In this document: positions 49,133 to 59,379 of the stretch, piece by piece
How the letters are laid out: each line of letters starts with the position of its first letter
How positions within the stretch are numbered: position 1 is the stretch's first letter
From: an archaeon
Lineage (GTDB): Archaea; Methanobacteriota_B; Thermococci; Methanofastidiosales; NM3
Length of the DNA: 64,000 nucleotides
Direction: 5' to 3'
NCBI GenBank assembly: GCA_004212155.1
Contig: RXIG01000024.1
Location: forward strand, 1 to 64,000
Translations under genes and position numbers: made by a program
The notes under the pieces: generated by a model
What the model was told of the DNA's origin: nothing
Databases searched by the model: none
Seen by the model: the letters and a program-made list of their open reading frames with translations, nothing else

Positions 49133-50269
49133 ATGGACCTCATCCTCGATATTGCCATACTGCTGCTGGCAGCAAAGGTCGGCGGAGAACTGACCGAGTA
49201 TGCTGGATATCCTTCCATCATAGGCGAGCTCGCCGGCGGCATCATCGTTGGCACGTCGGTGCTCGGCCTCATAGGTGATACGAGCGCGCTTGAGCGCTTT
49301 GCTGACATCGGCATCCTGCTGCTCATGTTCCTGGCAGGCGCAGAGACGAATCTGCAGGAGCTCACGAAGTCGGCAGGCAGCTCAGTTGCCGTGGCGATAT
49401 CAGGAGTCGTGTTCCCGTTCATGCTCGGGTATCTTGCTGCCGTCGCGTTCGGATACGGGGCATCGGAGGGCATGTTCCTCGGCGCGGCCCTGACGGCGAC
49501 TTCGGTGAGCATCACTGTGCGCGCCCTGTTTGACATCGAAAAGCTCAATACAAGTAAGGGCATGACCATCCTTGGTGCAGCGATCATCGACGACGTCATC
49601 GGCGTCATCATCTTCACACTTGTAGTCGGACTGGCTGTGCAGGGTGAGCTCTCGGCGCTCCGCATCATCGAGGTGATAGGGGTAATCATTGCGTTCTTCC
49701 TGCTCTCGCACTTCGTGGTGCGCAGAGCCATGCGCCGCCTCTTCAAATATTCTCGCATGCTCAGGACCGAGGAGGGTACGGAAACGTTCGTCATCGTCTT
49801 CGTGCTCCTCTTCGCCCTCGTCGCAGAGGAGGCCTACATCGCAGGCATCACGGGCAGCTTCCTGGCAGGCATCATGCTAGCGCAGACGCATGACCGAAAC
49901 ACGATCATAGAAAAGACGAAGACGGTCGGCTATGCGTTTTTCATCCCTCTCTTCTTCGCCTTCGTGGGGAGCCGCGTCGACATCTGGCAAATTCTTGATG
50001 TCGGGGCGATAAGTGTGGTGGTGATCGTCTTTGCCATCGTAGGCAAGATGGGTGGCAGTGCCATCGCATGCAAGGCGATCGGCATGAAGATCAGAGACGG
50101 ACTCGAGATAGGCATCGGCATGACCCCCCGCATGGAAGTGGCCATCGTCATCGCGAACGCGGCACTGACAGAGGGCGTCTTCGCGGTGCCACTCTACACG
50201 TCAGTCGTGATGATGAGCTTTGCGACGACGCTCATCACGCCGCCGCTCCTCAAGAAGTTCTTTACGTGA
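49133..50269 (+). CDS. CPA2 family cation:proton antiporter
   Basis: PSIIGELAGG, ATSVSIT, GAAIIDD, FIPLFF, GM.PR.EV. Confidence 0.92.
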   Translation: MDLILDIAILLLAAKVGGELTEYAGYPSIIGELAGGIIVGTSVLGLIGDTSALERFADIGILLLMFLAGAETNLQELTKSAGSSVAVAISGVVFPFMLGYLAAVAFGYGASEGMFLGAALTATSVSITVRALFDIEKLNTSKGMTILGAAIIDDVIGVIIFTLVVGLAVQGELSALRIIEVIGVIIAFFLLSHFVVRRAMRRLFKYSRMLRTEEGTETFVIVFVLLFALVAEEAYIAGITGSFLAGIMLAQTHDRNTIIEKTKTVGYAFFIPLFFAFVGSRVDIWQILDVGAISVVVIVFAIVGKMGGSAIACKAIGMKIRDGLEIGIGMTPRMEVAIVIANAALTEGVFAVPLYTSVVMMSFATTLITPPLLKKFFT

Positions 50270-51962
50270 ACTCCTTCGGGGTGAGCGTGAGCGTGCGAAT
50301 GTTCTGCACAGGTGTGCCCACGGTGATATCGCATCCCGAGGCAAGAATGAGTCCCTTGCCGCCCATGTCCTCGATGCATCGGCGCGCCTCGGTGCGTACC
50401 TTGTCGGGGGACGACATGTAGAGCGTCTCGAGTGCCGATACGTTGCCGATGATAGCGAAGCGGTCGCCAAGCATCCGTCTCGCGAACGAGAGGTCGACAT
50501 GCGAGTCGATGCTCACGGCATCGGTGTTGAGGCCGCGGAACAGGTCAAGCCTGTCGCTGATGTTTCCGCAGATGTGAAGCGCCGTCTTGTCGTCGCTTCG
50601 GTTGAAGTGGCCAAAGACGTCGTTGATGAACGGAAGCGAGAACTCCTCGAAGACCTCGGCGGATATGAGGTCGCCCGATGCGACGGGGTCGCAGAAGAGA
50701 TATGCCTCGATGCCCGCCTCCTGCATGAGACGGGTGAATGAAAGCGTGAGCTCGGTGCAGTACTTGAGCAGTTTGAACGCAAACGGCCTGTTCACGAAGA
50801 GGTCCATGAGGAGATTCTGGGTGCCGCGAAGCTCGGCGGCCAGGGTAAACGGCATCGCGAGCGTAGCATACGTGAAGCGAGATCCATCATTGAGCTCGTT
50901 TATCGCAGTTGCCGCCTCGATGGCCGAACTGATGCGCTCATGCGACTGCAGCTCGGGCATCTCCAGCGAATCGATGTCCTCCGCGCGCTTGAGCAAAGGC
51001 TCGATGGTCACCGGATTACCCTTCGCCTCAATACGCACGTGCCCCCCTGCCGCTTCGATGGGGGCGAGCCAGTCCCATGCGCACTCGTAGGCGTCAAAGC
51101 CGCAGTTACGGACCTCCTTGTACTGGGTCTTTGCGGCTAGTTCTGGATGTGCGATCGACTGACCCACCGTCATGCCCGCGTGGTGCAGCGCCCAGTAGCC
51201 CTGAAAGGGGGGGGCGGTGGACACCATGTCAGGCACATCGCCACGAAGCGTCATCATGACGCGCTGGTGGGGCGAGACCTTGCGCTTCTTTCCCTTCAGT
51301 GTGGCAGCTCGCTGCTTGACGAGCTCGTGCGAGAGTTCCACGGTCTTGACCGCGTCGTCGGCGTAGCCGTCTGCGCCGATGGTGCGGGCGAACTCCTCGG
51401 TGACGGGGGCCCCGCCCACCATGACCTTGACGTCGTCGCGGCGCTCGAGAAAGAGGTTGACAACATCGATCATGTTCTCCATGCTCGTCGTCATGAGCGC
51501 CGAGACGCCGACGATGTCCGCATCGACCTCGATGGCCTTTTCAAGGAACGTCTCGGCAGGCGTGTCGACGCCGAGATCATAGACCTTGAACCCACCCAGC
51601 TCAAGCAGCATCTTGACCATGTTCTTTCCGATATCGTGGAAATCGCCCGTGGTCACGCCGAGCACGACGGTGCCCTCGTTGTGGGAGTTGTTGTTCTGCG
51701 AAAGATAAGAATGAAGGATATCAATGGCCGCGTTTGCGGCGCGAGAAGAGAGCAGGACCTCGGGGATGAAGATCTTTCGCTGTTCGAACAGCTCGCCGAG
51801 CACCTGCATTGTGTCATGACAGGCAAACGAGAGGGCCTTGCGCACGTCGACGTCATGCTCGATGACCTGTCGGGCGGCATCTACCGCACCGTCAACATCG
51901 CCGTGGATGATGCTCCTGCACAGAGCACCCAGGATCTCGTCGTCCCGTTTCATCATGGTCAC
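50262..51962 (-). CDS. Corrinoid protein - MtaA/UroD-like methyltransferase fusion
   Basis: N-terminal B12 domain (DFHDIGKN, SALMTTS, VGGAP) fused to a methyltransferase with HICG...GC Zn motif. Confidence 0.9.
   Translation of the reverse strand: MTMMKRDDEILGALCRSIIHGDVDGAVDAARQVIEHDVDVRKALSFACHDTMQVLGELFEQRKIFIPEVLLSSRAANAAIDILHSYLSQNNNSHNEGTVVLGVTTGDFHDIGKNMVKMLLELGGFKVYDLGVDTPAETFLEKAIEVDADIVGVSALMTTSMENMIDVVNLFLERRDDVKVMVGGAPVTEEFARTIGADGYADDAVKTVELSHELVKQRAATLKGKKRKVSPHQRVMMTLRGDVPDMVSTAPPFQGYWALHHAGMTVGQSIAHPELAAKTQYKEVRNCGFDAYECAWDWLAPIEAAGGHVRIEAKGNPVTIEPLLKRAEDIDSLEMPELQSHERISSAIEAATAINELNDGSRFTYATLAMPFTLAAELRGTQNLLMDLFVNRPFAFKLLKYCTELTLSFTRLMQEAGIEAYLFCDPVASGDLISAEVFEEFSLPFINDVFGHFNRSDDKTALHICGNISDRLDLFRGLNTDAVSIDSHVDLSFARRMLGDRFAIIGNVSALETLYMSSPDKVRTEARRCIEDMGGKGLILASGCDITVGTPVQNIRTLTLTPKEFT
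51184..51212. repeat. 29-bp exact repeat shared with 53948-53976 (paralogous methyltransferase domains)
   Basis: TGCAGCGCCCAGTAGCCCTGAAAGGGGGG at both positions, encoding the PFQGYWAL segment. Confidence 0.85.
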
Positions 51963-52010
51963 AGCTTCTTGTTTATACCAACTCCTTAAAAAGGTAATTC
52001 AGGATAGAGC

Positions 52011-53024
52011 TCAAAGTCCGTGCGCATACGACGTGTAGGCGCGTATGTTGTCAAGCGGCGTCTTGGGCGATATGCCGCAGCCCGGGGCGAGGATGTCCGC
52101 GCCCTTCTCGATGCATGAGCGCGCCTCGTCGACCACGCGCCGAGCGTCGCCGAAGAGGAGCGTGTCGATGGGATTGATGTTTCCCACGAGCGCAGCGGAG
52201 CGGACCTTCTCGCGCGCAACAGCCATGTCAACGAGGTGGTCAATCGATATGCCCTTGGCACCGATGCGCTGCATATCATCAAGTATCTCAGTGGTGTCCC
52301 CGCAGATGTGGAGCACCACCGGCACGTCGAGCGAATCGATGACGGCATGCAGCTGTGGTCCTGCAAGCGAGGCGAACATCTCGGGTCCGATGAGCTCGGT
52401 TGTCGCCGAAGGATCGATGAGCGTGATGACATCTGCCCCGTTGGCCACGAGGTGGCGGGCGTATGCGACGCACACGTCGGTGGTGAACGCGAGCACGCGT
52501 TCGAGGAAGTCGTAATCATCGAACGAGTCGATGAGGAGCGTCTCGATGCCGCGTATCTGCCCGGCCAGTGTGAACGGCCCGACCACTCCGCCGATGACGG
52601 GAAGCCCATGCCGGTCCGCGCGTTCCGAGAGCAAGCCAAGCGCCGTTGCCACCACGGGCATGCGCCCTGTCTTGGAGGGATCGGGAACCGAGAGCGAGTC
52701 GAGCGCATCCTTGTCAGCGAGCACGGGGCGTTCCACCGAAGGCTGCGACGTGTCTGCGCCGCTGTGGATCGAGCATCCCAGCGCCTCCGCCTCCACGGTG
52801 AGGCAAAACGGAACGCGCACGCTCTCGATGTCGGCACACTTCCATGCTGCGTAGGCGAGGTCCGCCATCTTCTTCGCATCGTAGTGCGCATCGGGCCAGC
52901 GAGCACCGCTTCGCTCCATCATCTCGAGCGTCGCCGTCTGGAGCGGACATGCGCACGATGGGCGGTCTGCCGGTTCGCCGTCGAGTATGGCAAGCAGCCG
53001 TTCGCGGGAGGAGAGCTCGGGCAT
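52011..53024 (-). CDS. MtaA/CmuA-family methylcobamide:thiol (CoM) methyltransferase
   Basis: WPDAH, RVPFCLTVEAEALG, GPFTLA, DPSA, LHICG, APGCG. Confidence 0.9.
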   Translation of the reverse strand: MPELSSRERLLAILDGEPADRPSCACPLQTATLEMMERSGARWPDAHYDAKKMADLAYAAWKCADIESVRVPFCLTVEAEALGCSIHSGADTSQPSVERPVLADKDALDSLSVPDPSKTGRMPVVATALGLLSERADRHGLPVIGGVVGPFTLAGQIRGIETLLIDSFDDYDFLERVLAFTTDVCVAYARHLVANGADVITLIDPSATTELIGPEMFASLAGPQLHAVIDSLDVPVVLHICGDTTEILDDMQRIGAKGISIDHLVDMAVAREKVRSAALVGNINPIDTLLFGDARRVVDEARSCIEKGADILAPGCGISPKTPLDNIRAYTSYAHGL

Positions 53025-53028
53025 GGTA

Positions 53029-54057
53029 TCACTTCCGCGCGACGACCGTCTTGAGCGCCTCGACGTTATCCATCGGACTTCCCGGTGCGATATCGCATCC
53101 AGCACCCAGCACGAACGCCTTGCCGTCGGTCTTTTGTATGCACGCCTGCGCCTCGCGCACGACCTGTTCGGCCGTCCCGTTAAAGAGCGTCTCTGCGGGA
53201 TTCACGTTGCCAAGCAGCGTGGGCGAGTCTCCAAGCGTCTCCTTCGCATAGGCGAGGTCGACGAGGAAGTCGAGCGAGAAGACGTCAATGTCGAGCTCGC
53301 CGATGGTATCGAGCCTGTCGGACGTGTTGCCGCAGATGTGAAGGAGCACGTAGGCGTCGGCATCGCGAATGGCCTTGATGGGTGCCTTGAGATAGTGTTT
53401 CGAGAACGTCTCGAAGTCCTCTTTTGATATAAGGTCCGCCGAAGCGGTGGGATCGCAAAGAATGACGCCGTCAACACCCCAGCTCGTGAGATATTCGCTG
53501 TAGCGCACGACGACGTCCTCTGCAAACGAGAGCATGTCGTGGACGAAGTCAGGCTCGTCGTACATGTCAAGCATGAGATTCTCGACGCCGCGAAGCTCGC
53601 CTACGAGCGTGAACGGCGATACGAGCGTCGTGTAAAGGAACTTGTCGCTTCCCAGCTTGTTCCTGATGATGCTTGTCGTGTGCATTGCGCTCTGAAGGCG
53701 GTAGTCCTTCTCAGGATCGGGGACCTCGAGTGAGTCGAGAACTGAGGGTGAGGTAACGACATGAGTTGCCGTGCTTGGGTTCCCGACATCCGGCATGTCC
53801 ACCGTGCAGCCCACAGCCTCCACAGGGGCGAGCCAGTCCCACATCGTCTCGAAGCCGTCAAAGGCGCAGCGCTCCACCGCTTTGAGCTGGGCCGAAGCGG
53901 CAAGCTGCGGCTTGTCGATCGACGTCCTGACGGGGACGCCGGCCTGCTGCAGCGCCCAGTAGCCCTGAAAGGGGGGCCCGATGGGCACCCTGTCGACGGG
54001 CTCGCCGTTGATGGCAGCCACGAATCTGTCGCGAGATGAGTGCGACACCATTGTCAT
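53029..54057 (-). CDS. UroD/MtaA-like methyltransferase
   Basis: PPFQGYWAL, WDWLAPVEA, CDPTAS, LHICGN, GAGCD. Confidence 0.87.
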   Translation of the reverse strand: MTMVSHSSRDRFVAAINGEPVDRVPIGPPFQGYWALQQAGVPVRTSIDKPQLAASAQLKAVERCAFDGFETMWDWLAPVEAVGCTVDMPDVGNPSTATHVVTSPSVLDSLEVPDPEKDYRLQSAMHTTSIIRNKLGSDKFLYTTLVSPFTLVGELRGVENLMLDMYDEPDFVHDMLSFAEDVVVRYSEYLTSWGVDGVILCDPTASADLISKEDFETFSKHYLKAPIKAIRDADAYVLLHICGNTSDRLDTIGELDIDVFSLDFLVDLAYAKETLGDSPTLLGNVNPAETLFNGTAEQVVREAQACIQKTDGKAFVLGAGCDIAPGSPMDNVEALKTVVARK

Positions 54058-54689
54058 GCCCCCACCAACTTACCGATGAGCTTGACCGCCTTTGCCGCGT
54101 CGTCGGCGTAACCGTCTGCACCGATCGTGTCAGCATAGCTCTGTGAGACGGCGCCACCACCAATGATGATCTTGATGTTGCCATCGACCTCCCTTACGGC
54201 GGCGATGACGTCGGGCATGCCCACCATGCTTGTCGTCATGAGCGATGACATGCCCACGACCTGTGGAGATGAGTCCTTGACCGAGGCGACAAAGGCATCC
54301 TTTGTGACGCTCTTGCCAAGGTCGACGACGGTGTAGCCCGCTGCCTCGCACAGCAGCTTGACGAGGTTCTTCCCGATGTCGTGGATGTCGCCCTCGACGA
54401 CGCCCAGCACCACGGTGCCCGATGACTTCGAATCGACCTCGAGGTGCGGCTTGAGGATTTCCACTGCCATGTTCATCGCCCGCGCTGAGCGAAGGATCTG
54501 TGGCACGAACACCTTGCGCTGCTCGTAGAGGTCGCTTACGATCTGCATGCCCTTGTTCAGGCCCTGCTGTATGCACTCGTACGCATCGAGTTCCATGGAT
54601 ATCGCATCATGTGCCGTGGCGGTGGAAAGCTTCTCATCACCGCTAACGACCGCATCGGTCAGTTTTTTGTAAACATCTTCCTTTTTCAT
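54054..54689 (-). CDS. Methyltransferase cognate corrinoid protein
   Basis: GDIHDIGKN, SSLMTTS, IGGG, GADGYADDA. Confidence 0.93.
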   Translation of the reverse strand: MKKEDVYKKLTDAVVSGDEKLSTATAHDAISMELDAYECIQQGLNKGMQIVSDLYEQRKVFVPQILRSARAMNMAVEILKPHLEVDSKSSGTVVLGVVEGDIHDIGKNLVKLLCEAAGYTVVDLGKSVTKDAFVASVKDSSPQVVGMSSLMTTSMVGMPDVIAAVREVDGNIKIIIGGGAVSQSYADTIGADGYADDAAKAVKLIGKLVGA

Positions 54690-56581
54690 TTTATCACTTC
54701 CTTCATCGTTGCAAGGTCGAAATGGTCCTCGTAGAGGGAGGGTTCGATCCCGACGGATGCGAGCATCTCCCTGGTAGGATATCCGTCCCTCGTCCATCCC
54801 CTCATCCTGTAGCATTCCTGCATCATGTCGTCAAATGGCGGCGCCTTACCCATGCGGGCGCCATCGGGTGCGGGCGTGAGGAGCTTCTTTGGAAGCACGT
54901 CGTATGCCGGCCCCTTCCCGTCGCGTATGTTGACGAGACGCTGGAAGTTATAGATGCGCTCGCCGCAGCGCGAGAGGTCTTCAAACGACCATCCCCAGCC
55001 GGTCATGGCATTGAGCGCGTCCAGATAGCGAGATATCGACGCCTCGCCCTCGACGAACATGAACGCGCAGAGGACCGCCGATCCCATGATCGCGCCGAAG
55101 TTCTGATGGATGACGGCAAGTCGCGTCTTGTCCCCGACCTCGAAGAAGCGCGGTTTTTTTGTCACGCCGTACTCGGGGAGGAGGAATCCGCCGATCTCGG
55201 TCTCCTCGGGGCATCCTCGGTAATGGCATGCGCCGCGGGTCCCTGTCGCATAGTTTACCGAGAGGCTGTAGCACAGGCGCGGGTCGTGTCCGGGCACGTC
55301 GAGTCCCCGTACATGGACCGCATGCCCTTCCTTACCGAGGGTGGCCCCGAGCGTGGCGGCACCCTCGGCCATGATGCTCCCTATGCCTTCCCGTTTGCCT
55401 ATGAGGTCGATGAGGTGGAGGACAATGGCAGGATCTCCCCAATCGATTCGCAGGTCCCCGATGACGTGAGGTGGAAACCACCCCTTCTCGTAGGCTTCCA
55501 TGGCAAGGGCTATGGCCGAGCCCGCAGAGATGGTGTCCATCCCGTAGCGATTGCACAGATCATTAGCCTTCGCTACGGCGCGCACCTCGCGGACGAGGCA
55601 GTTCGCCCCTAGCATTGCCAGAGTCTCGTACTCGGGTCCTGGTCCATCGACCCCATAGGACGGGTGCTCAAAGGAGACATGACGGTGACAGGCAAGCGGG
55701 CAGCTGAGACAGGCCTTGGGCTTGACGTTGAGCGCCTCGTTGTAATGGGGCGTCTCCATCTCCTTGCCCTCCTCCGTCCAGCTGCTGCCGTCCCAGTTCT
55801 TCTTTGGAGTGTTGTCAAGGGCATTATAGGTGGCAAAGCCACCTGGTGTGCCCCAGGCGCGAAGCTCCTTGCCCCGGTCGCTTCGCACCATCGTCCTGGT
55901 GATATCCTTCCTGATGTCGTCAAGTGCCCCTCCATCGAAATACGAAGGTGTCGCGCTCCCCAAGAGCGCGATGCCCTTGAACTTCTTGGAGCCCAACACA
56001 GCGCCGATGCCCGACCGGCCAGCGTAGCTGTGCTTGTCGACGACGACGCAGGCGAAGCGGACGAGCCGCTCCCCTGCCGGCCCTATGGCAGCGACACTCG
56101 CCTTCTTGTTCGTGTCGCTTTTCATGGCGTCAATGGTATCGAACGTCTCGAGCCCCCATAAGGCCGAGGCGTCCCTGAGCTCGACCGCGCCGTCCTCTAT
56201 CCATAGATAGACGGGTGATGGCGAGCGTCCCTCGACGACGATGGCGTCGAGTCCGCATCCGCGAAGGGACGGCCCGAAGCTGGCACCCGCCGCCGAATCG
56301 CCAAAGGTGTGGGTCATAGGAGACTTGGAGACTAGCGACCATTTGGCGGATCCGGGGATGCGCGTGCCCTGGAACGGTCCTGTGGCGAAGACGACCTTGT
56401 TTGCAGGTTGGAATGGGTCGACGTGGGAGGGAACTTCATCGAGAAGGATCTTTGCGCCCATTCCCGCTCCGCCGAGAAACACCTTGTAGAACCGTTCGTC
56501 GGTGTGCTCTATATGGGTCCGTCCCTTCGTGAGGTCGACCCTCAACACCTTGTTATGGTAACCAGACGACAACAGGATCAC
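54686..56581 (-). CDS. aor: Aldehyde:ferredoxin oxidoreductase (tungsten family)
   Basis: KSP.T, IGPAGE, AGRSG.GAV.GSK, CLSCPLAC, GPEYET, DTIS, HDPR, RGACH. Confidence 0.9.
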   Translation of the reverse strand: MILLSSGYHNKVLRVDLTKGRTHIEHTDERFYKVFLGGAGMGAKILLDEVPSHVDPFQPANKVVFATGPFQGTRIPGSAKWSLVSKSPMTHTFGDSAAGASFGPSLRGCGLDAIVVEGRSPSPVYLWIEDGAVELRDASALWGLETFDTIDAMKSDTNKKASVAAIGPAGERLVRFACVVVDKHSYAGRSGIGAVLGSKKFKGIALLGSATPSYFDGGALDDIRKDITRTMVRSDRGKELRAWGTPGGFATYNALDNTPKKNWDGSSWTEEGKEMETPHYNEALNVKPKACLSCPLACHRHVSFEHPSYGVDGPGPEYETLAMLGANCLVREVRAVAKANDLCNRYGMDTISAGSAIALAMEAYEKGWFPPHVIGDLRIDWGDPAIVLHLIDLIGKREGIGSIMAEGAATLGATLGKEGHAVHVRGLDVPGHDPRLCYSLSVNYATGTRGACHYRGCPEETEIGGFLLPEYGVTKKPRFFEVGDKTRLAVIHQNFGAIMGSAVLCAFMFVEGEASISRYLDALNAMTGWGWSFEDLSRCGERIYNFQRLVNIRDGKGPAYDVLPKKLLTPAPDGARMGKAPPFDDMMQECYRMRGWTRDGYPTREMLASVGIEPSLYEDHFDLATMKEVIK

Positions 56582-56600
56582 CTGTAAAAAAAAGAAGGGC

Positions 56601-57878
56601 CTAGAGGGCCCTGTCCAACAGTTGTACCAGGTCTAGCGTCGGTATGTTCTTGTTCGCCGCGCGCGCACCGTCGTTGAGGTTGGTGTGGCAGAAGGGGCAG
56701 ATTGACACGATCGCCTCGGCGTTCTTCTCCTCTGCCTCGTCCACGCGTCGCTTTGACGTGTTCACCGCGAAGTCCGGATAGTCGGTCTTCACGCCGCCAC
56801 CGGCGCCGCAGCACAGCGAATCGCGGCGTATGCGTTCGAACTCGACGAAGTCGATGCCCGGTATCGCGCTCAGGAGCTCGCGGGGCTGGTCGTAGAGCGA
56901 ATGACTCTGGTCCTCATCGCCCGTTCCTTCCTTGTAGCGGTGCAGATGGCGTCCCGTGTGGCACGGGTCGTGATAGGTAACGCGCATGTTGACCTCCTTT
57001 TCCGGCCTCCACTCGCCCGCCTTGTACTTCTCGTGCAGGAAGTCGACGAGGTGCATGATGCGTATGCCGTCGATGTAGTCCTCGTATCCTTCCACATCTG
57101 GATAGTCCTTGTTGAAGCAGCGGAAGCAGCCTGCGCACGCAGTGACGATCGTGTTCACGCCGTGGTTTTCATGCATGTCCTTGAACGTCTCAAGCGATTT
57201 CTTGGCAACGCGCTGGAACTCGTTTTCAACACCCATCCTGCGCACGGTCGAACCGCAGCAGACCTCCTTGTCGTAGAGATAGCCGAAGTCGATGCCGAGC
57301 TTGTTGAGGACATTGACGGTGGAGACGGCGATGCAGCGGTTGTTGGAGTTGTAGGCAGGCGTGCAGCCGGCATAGTAGAGGACCTCTGCGTCCTCCTTGT
57401 TGAGGTTTTTGACCGGCGTGTCCTTGAACTCCTTGGTCCACCTCGTTCGCATCTTGCGCGAGCCGGTGTAGGGGTTGTCGTTGTTTCGCATCGACTTGAT
57501 GAGCACCTCTCCGGACTCGGGCCCAAGGCCCTTGTCCTGCAGCTCGAATCGGATGTGCTGCAGGATCTCGGCGCCATAGGCGCGTATGGGCTTCCAGGCG
57601 TCCTCGTCGTTGATGTAGCACTGCTCGGCGCAGGCACCGCATAATGTACAGTAGGAGAACATCTCTGCCACGTCGTCGTCCCACTCGAGCTCGCCGTTGC
57701 GCAGGGCCCGATAGACCTGCATCCTCCCCTGGAGCGTATAGTCAAGAAACGACCTGTCAAGGTACGATGGGCACACGATCTCCCTGTTGCCCTCGTGCTG
57801 TGTCCTGCAGGTGCCGCATCCTATGCAGCGCTCGGGCAGATTGTTCTCCTTTAGGATCTTTTCTATGTCGAGTTTCAT
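56601..57878 (-). CDS. HdrD/GlcF-like Fe-S oxidoreductase with CCG domains
   Basis: CIGCGTC, CTLCGACAEQC, YAGC, CCG, CAGC, YHDPCH, CCGAGGG, CPFC. Confidence 0.9.
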   Translation of the reverse strand: MKLDIEKILKENNLPERCIGCGTCRTQHEGNREIVCPSYLDRSFLDYTLQGRMQVYRALRNGELEWDDDVAEMFSYCTLCGACAEQCYINDEDAWKPIRAYGAEILQHIRFELQDKGLGPESGEVLIKSMRNNDNPYTGSRKMRTRWTKEFKDTPVKNLNKEDAEVLYYAGCTPAYNSNNRCIAVSTVNVLNKLGIDFGYLYDKEVCCGSTVRRMGVENEFQRVAKKSLETFKDMHENHGVNTIVTACAGCFRCFNKDYPDVEGYEDYIDGIRIMHLVDFLHEKYKAGEWRPEKEVNMRVTYHDPCHTGRHLHRYKEGTGDEDQSHSLYDQPRELLSAIPGIDFVEFERIRRDSLCCGAGGGVKTDYPDFAVNTSKRRVDEAEEKNAEAIVSICPFCHTNLNDGARAANKNIPTLDLVQLLDRAL

Positions 57879-59336
57879 TTAGATGCCCCCTATCTGGCCC
57901 CGATTCATGATGCGGTACGGATCGATGAGGTCCTTGATCTGTTTGATGAACTCCACCGTGTTCGGGTCCGCATGCGACATGTTCACCCTGCTGTTTGAGT
58001 ATGAGGGCTTGTAGACGACCGCCCCGAGCTCGACCTCCTTTTCGGCGATGGCCTTGAGCAGCGCGCGGTCGCGCTCCTTCTCCTCCTCCGATGCGTCCTT
58101 GTGCTGGAAGACGTTGAAGCGAAGGATCGTCTCGTGGCCGTTGTCCATCACGCGATTGTACTGCATGATCGGATGCTCTGGCTCGACGTAACCAAGCTTC
58201 TCGTAGACCTTCTCGACAGCACGGTAGATCTCGGCCTGCTTGAACGGGGGAGCGTAGCAGCCGGCCCACTCACCCGTGCCGCCCCTGTTGCCGTCCATGT
58301 CGTTTGAGAGCTGCATGGGCAGGTCGTGGAAGTACTGCATCTGATTGCCTGGAGGAAGCTTCGGGAGGCCCTCCTCCTCAGGCTCTATCTCGATGCCCTT
58401 GTCCTCCTTGCATATCTTGTAGAGCTCCTCGATCTTGCCATCCATGATCTTCTCGTTGGCCGCCTGGAGCACCACCCAGCTCTCGAGCTCTGGCTCTCCC
58501 TTTTCGCGGCTGAACGGGAGCTTGATGCCCGCCTCGCAGCGCCCCCACGCCCAGTTGTTGGACGCGATGTCGACGGCGATCTGCTGCTTTGCGATGTTCA
58601 TCTGATTGAGGTAGCCGTGCTCGACCGTGTCTGCGTTGACGTAGAACGCCTGTTGCTCGGCAGGTTGCTTGTAGATCTTAACGGATGCCTTGGTGACGAT
58701 GCCGGTCGTTCCGGCCCATCCTATGAAGAGGCCAGCCAGGTCGATGATGGGCGCCCTCGTGCCCCAATATGGCGAGATCATGTGGTTTCCCGTCTTGATC
58801 AGCTCGCCGTTTGGCAGCACGACCTCCATGCCGGTGATGTAGAAGCTGCCGTCGCCGTGGGCAAGGCTGACATCCATCATGCCGCAAAGCAGATACCCTG
58901 TCACGACGCCGCTTGACGGCGGAGAATAGGTATATGCACCGATGTAGCCCGGTGCGCGCTTCATCATCTCGCGCTTGAAGTCGGCCCACGTGAGGCCTCC
59001 ATCGACAACGGCATAAAGACCATCGGTGTTGATCTCCTCGACCTTGTTCATGCGTCGCAAGTCGAGGATGATGCCTCCATGGTGGGCATTGCACATGCCC
59101 CCAGTCGTAAGATTGCACACCCATGGAATGACGTTTACCTTGTTCTTCCATGCGATGCGCATGATGGCCTGGACCTCCTCGGTGGAGCCGGGCATGAGGA
59201 CGGCGTCGGGATGCCCGTTCGGTTCGACGCTCGTCCAGTCATTTGAATAAGCGTATCGGGTGGTCTTCTTTTCCGATATATACTTCTGGCCGACCACGCC
59301 TTCTAGCTCTTTGAATACATTTCTATCTAAAGTCAT
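57879..59336 (-). CDS. GlcD-like FAD-binding oxidoreductase (VAO/PCMH family)
   Basis: PDAVLMP.STEEV, IILDLRRMNK, EVVLPNGE, GLFIG..GT.GIVT, DP..IMN.G. Confidence 0.88.
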   Translation of the reverse strand: MTLDRNVFKELEGVVGQKYISEKKTTRYAYSNDWTSVEPNGHPDAVLMPGSTEEVQAIMRIAWKNKVNVIPWVCNLTTGGMCNAHHGGIILDLRRMNKVEEINTDGLYAVVDGGLTWADFKREMMKRAPGYIGAYTYSPPSSGVVTGYLLCGMMDVSLAHGDGSFYITGMEVVLPNGELIKTGNHMISPYWGTRAPIIDLAGLFIGWAGTTGIVTKASVKIYKQPAEQQAFYVNADTVEHGYLNQMNIAKQQIAVDIASNNWAWGRCEAGIKLPFSREKGEPELESWVVLQAANEKIMDGKIEELYKICKEDKGIEIEPEEEGLPKLPPGNQMQYFHDLPMQLSNDMDGNRGGTGEWAGCYAPPFKQAEIYRAVEKVYEKLGYVEPEHPIMQYNRVMDNGHETILRFNVFQHKDASEEEKERDRALLKAIAEKEVELGAVVYKPSYSNSRVNMSHADPNTVEFIKQIKDLIDPYRIMNRGQIGGI

Positions 59337-59379
59337 GATAGTTCCACCTCCCACATGGGGAAAAAGAAAAAAAGAGGGG

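Noticed and set aside
52011-54057. Calling the UroD-fold genes hemE
   Set aside because: HxC...C Zn motifs and adjacent corrinoid proteins indicate methyltransferases
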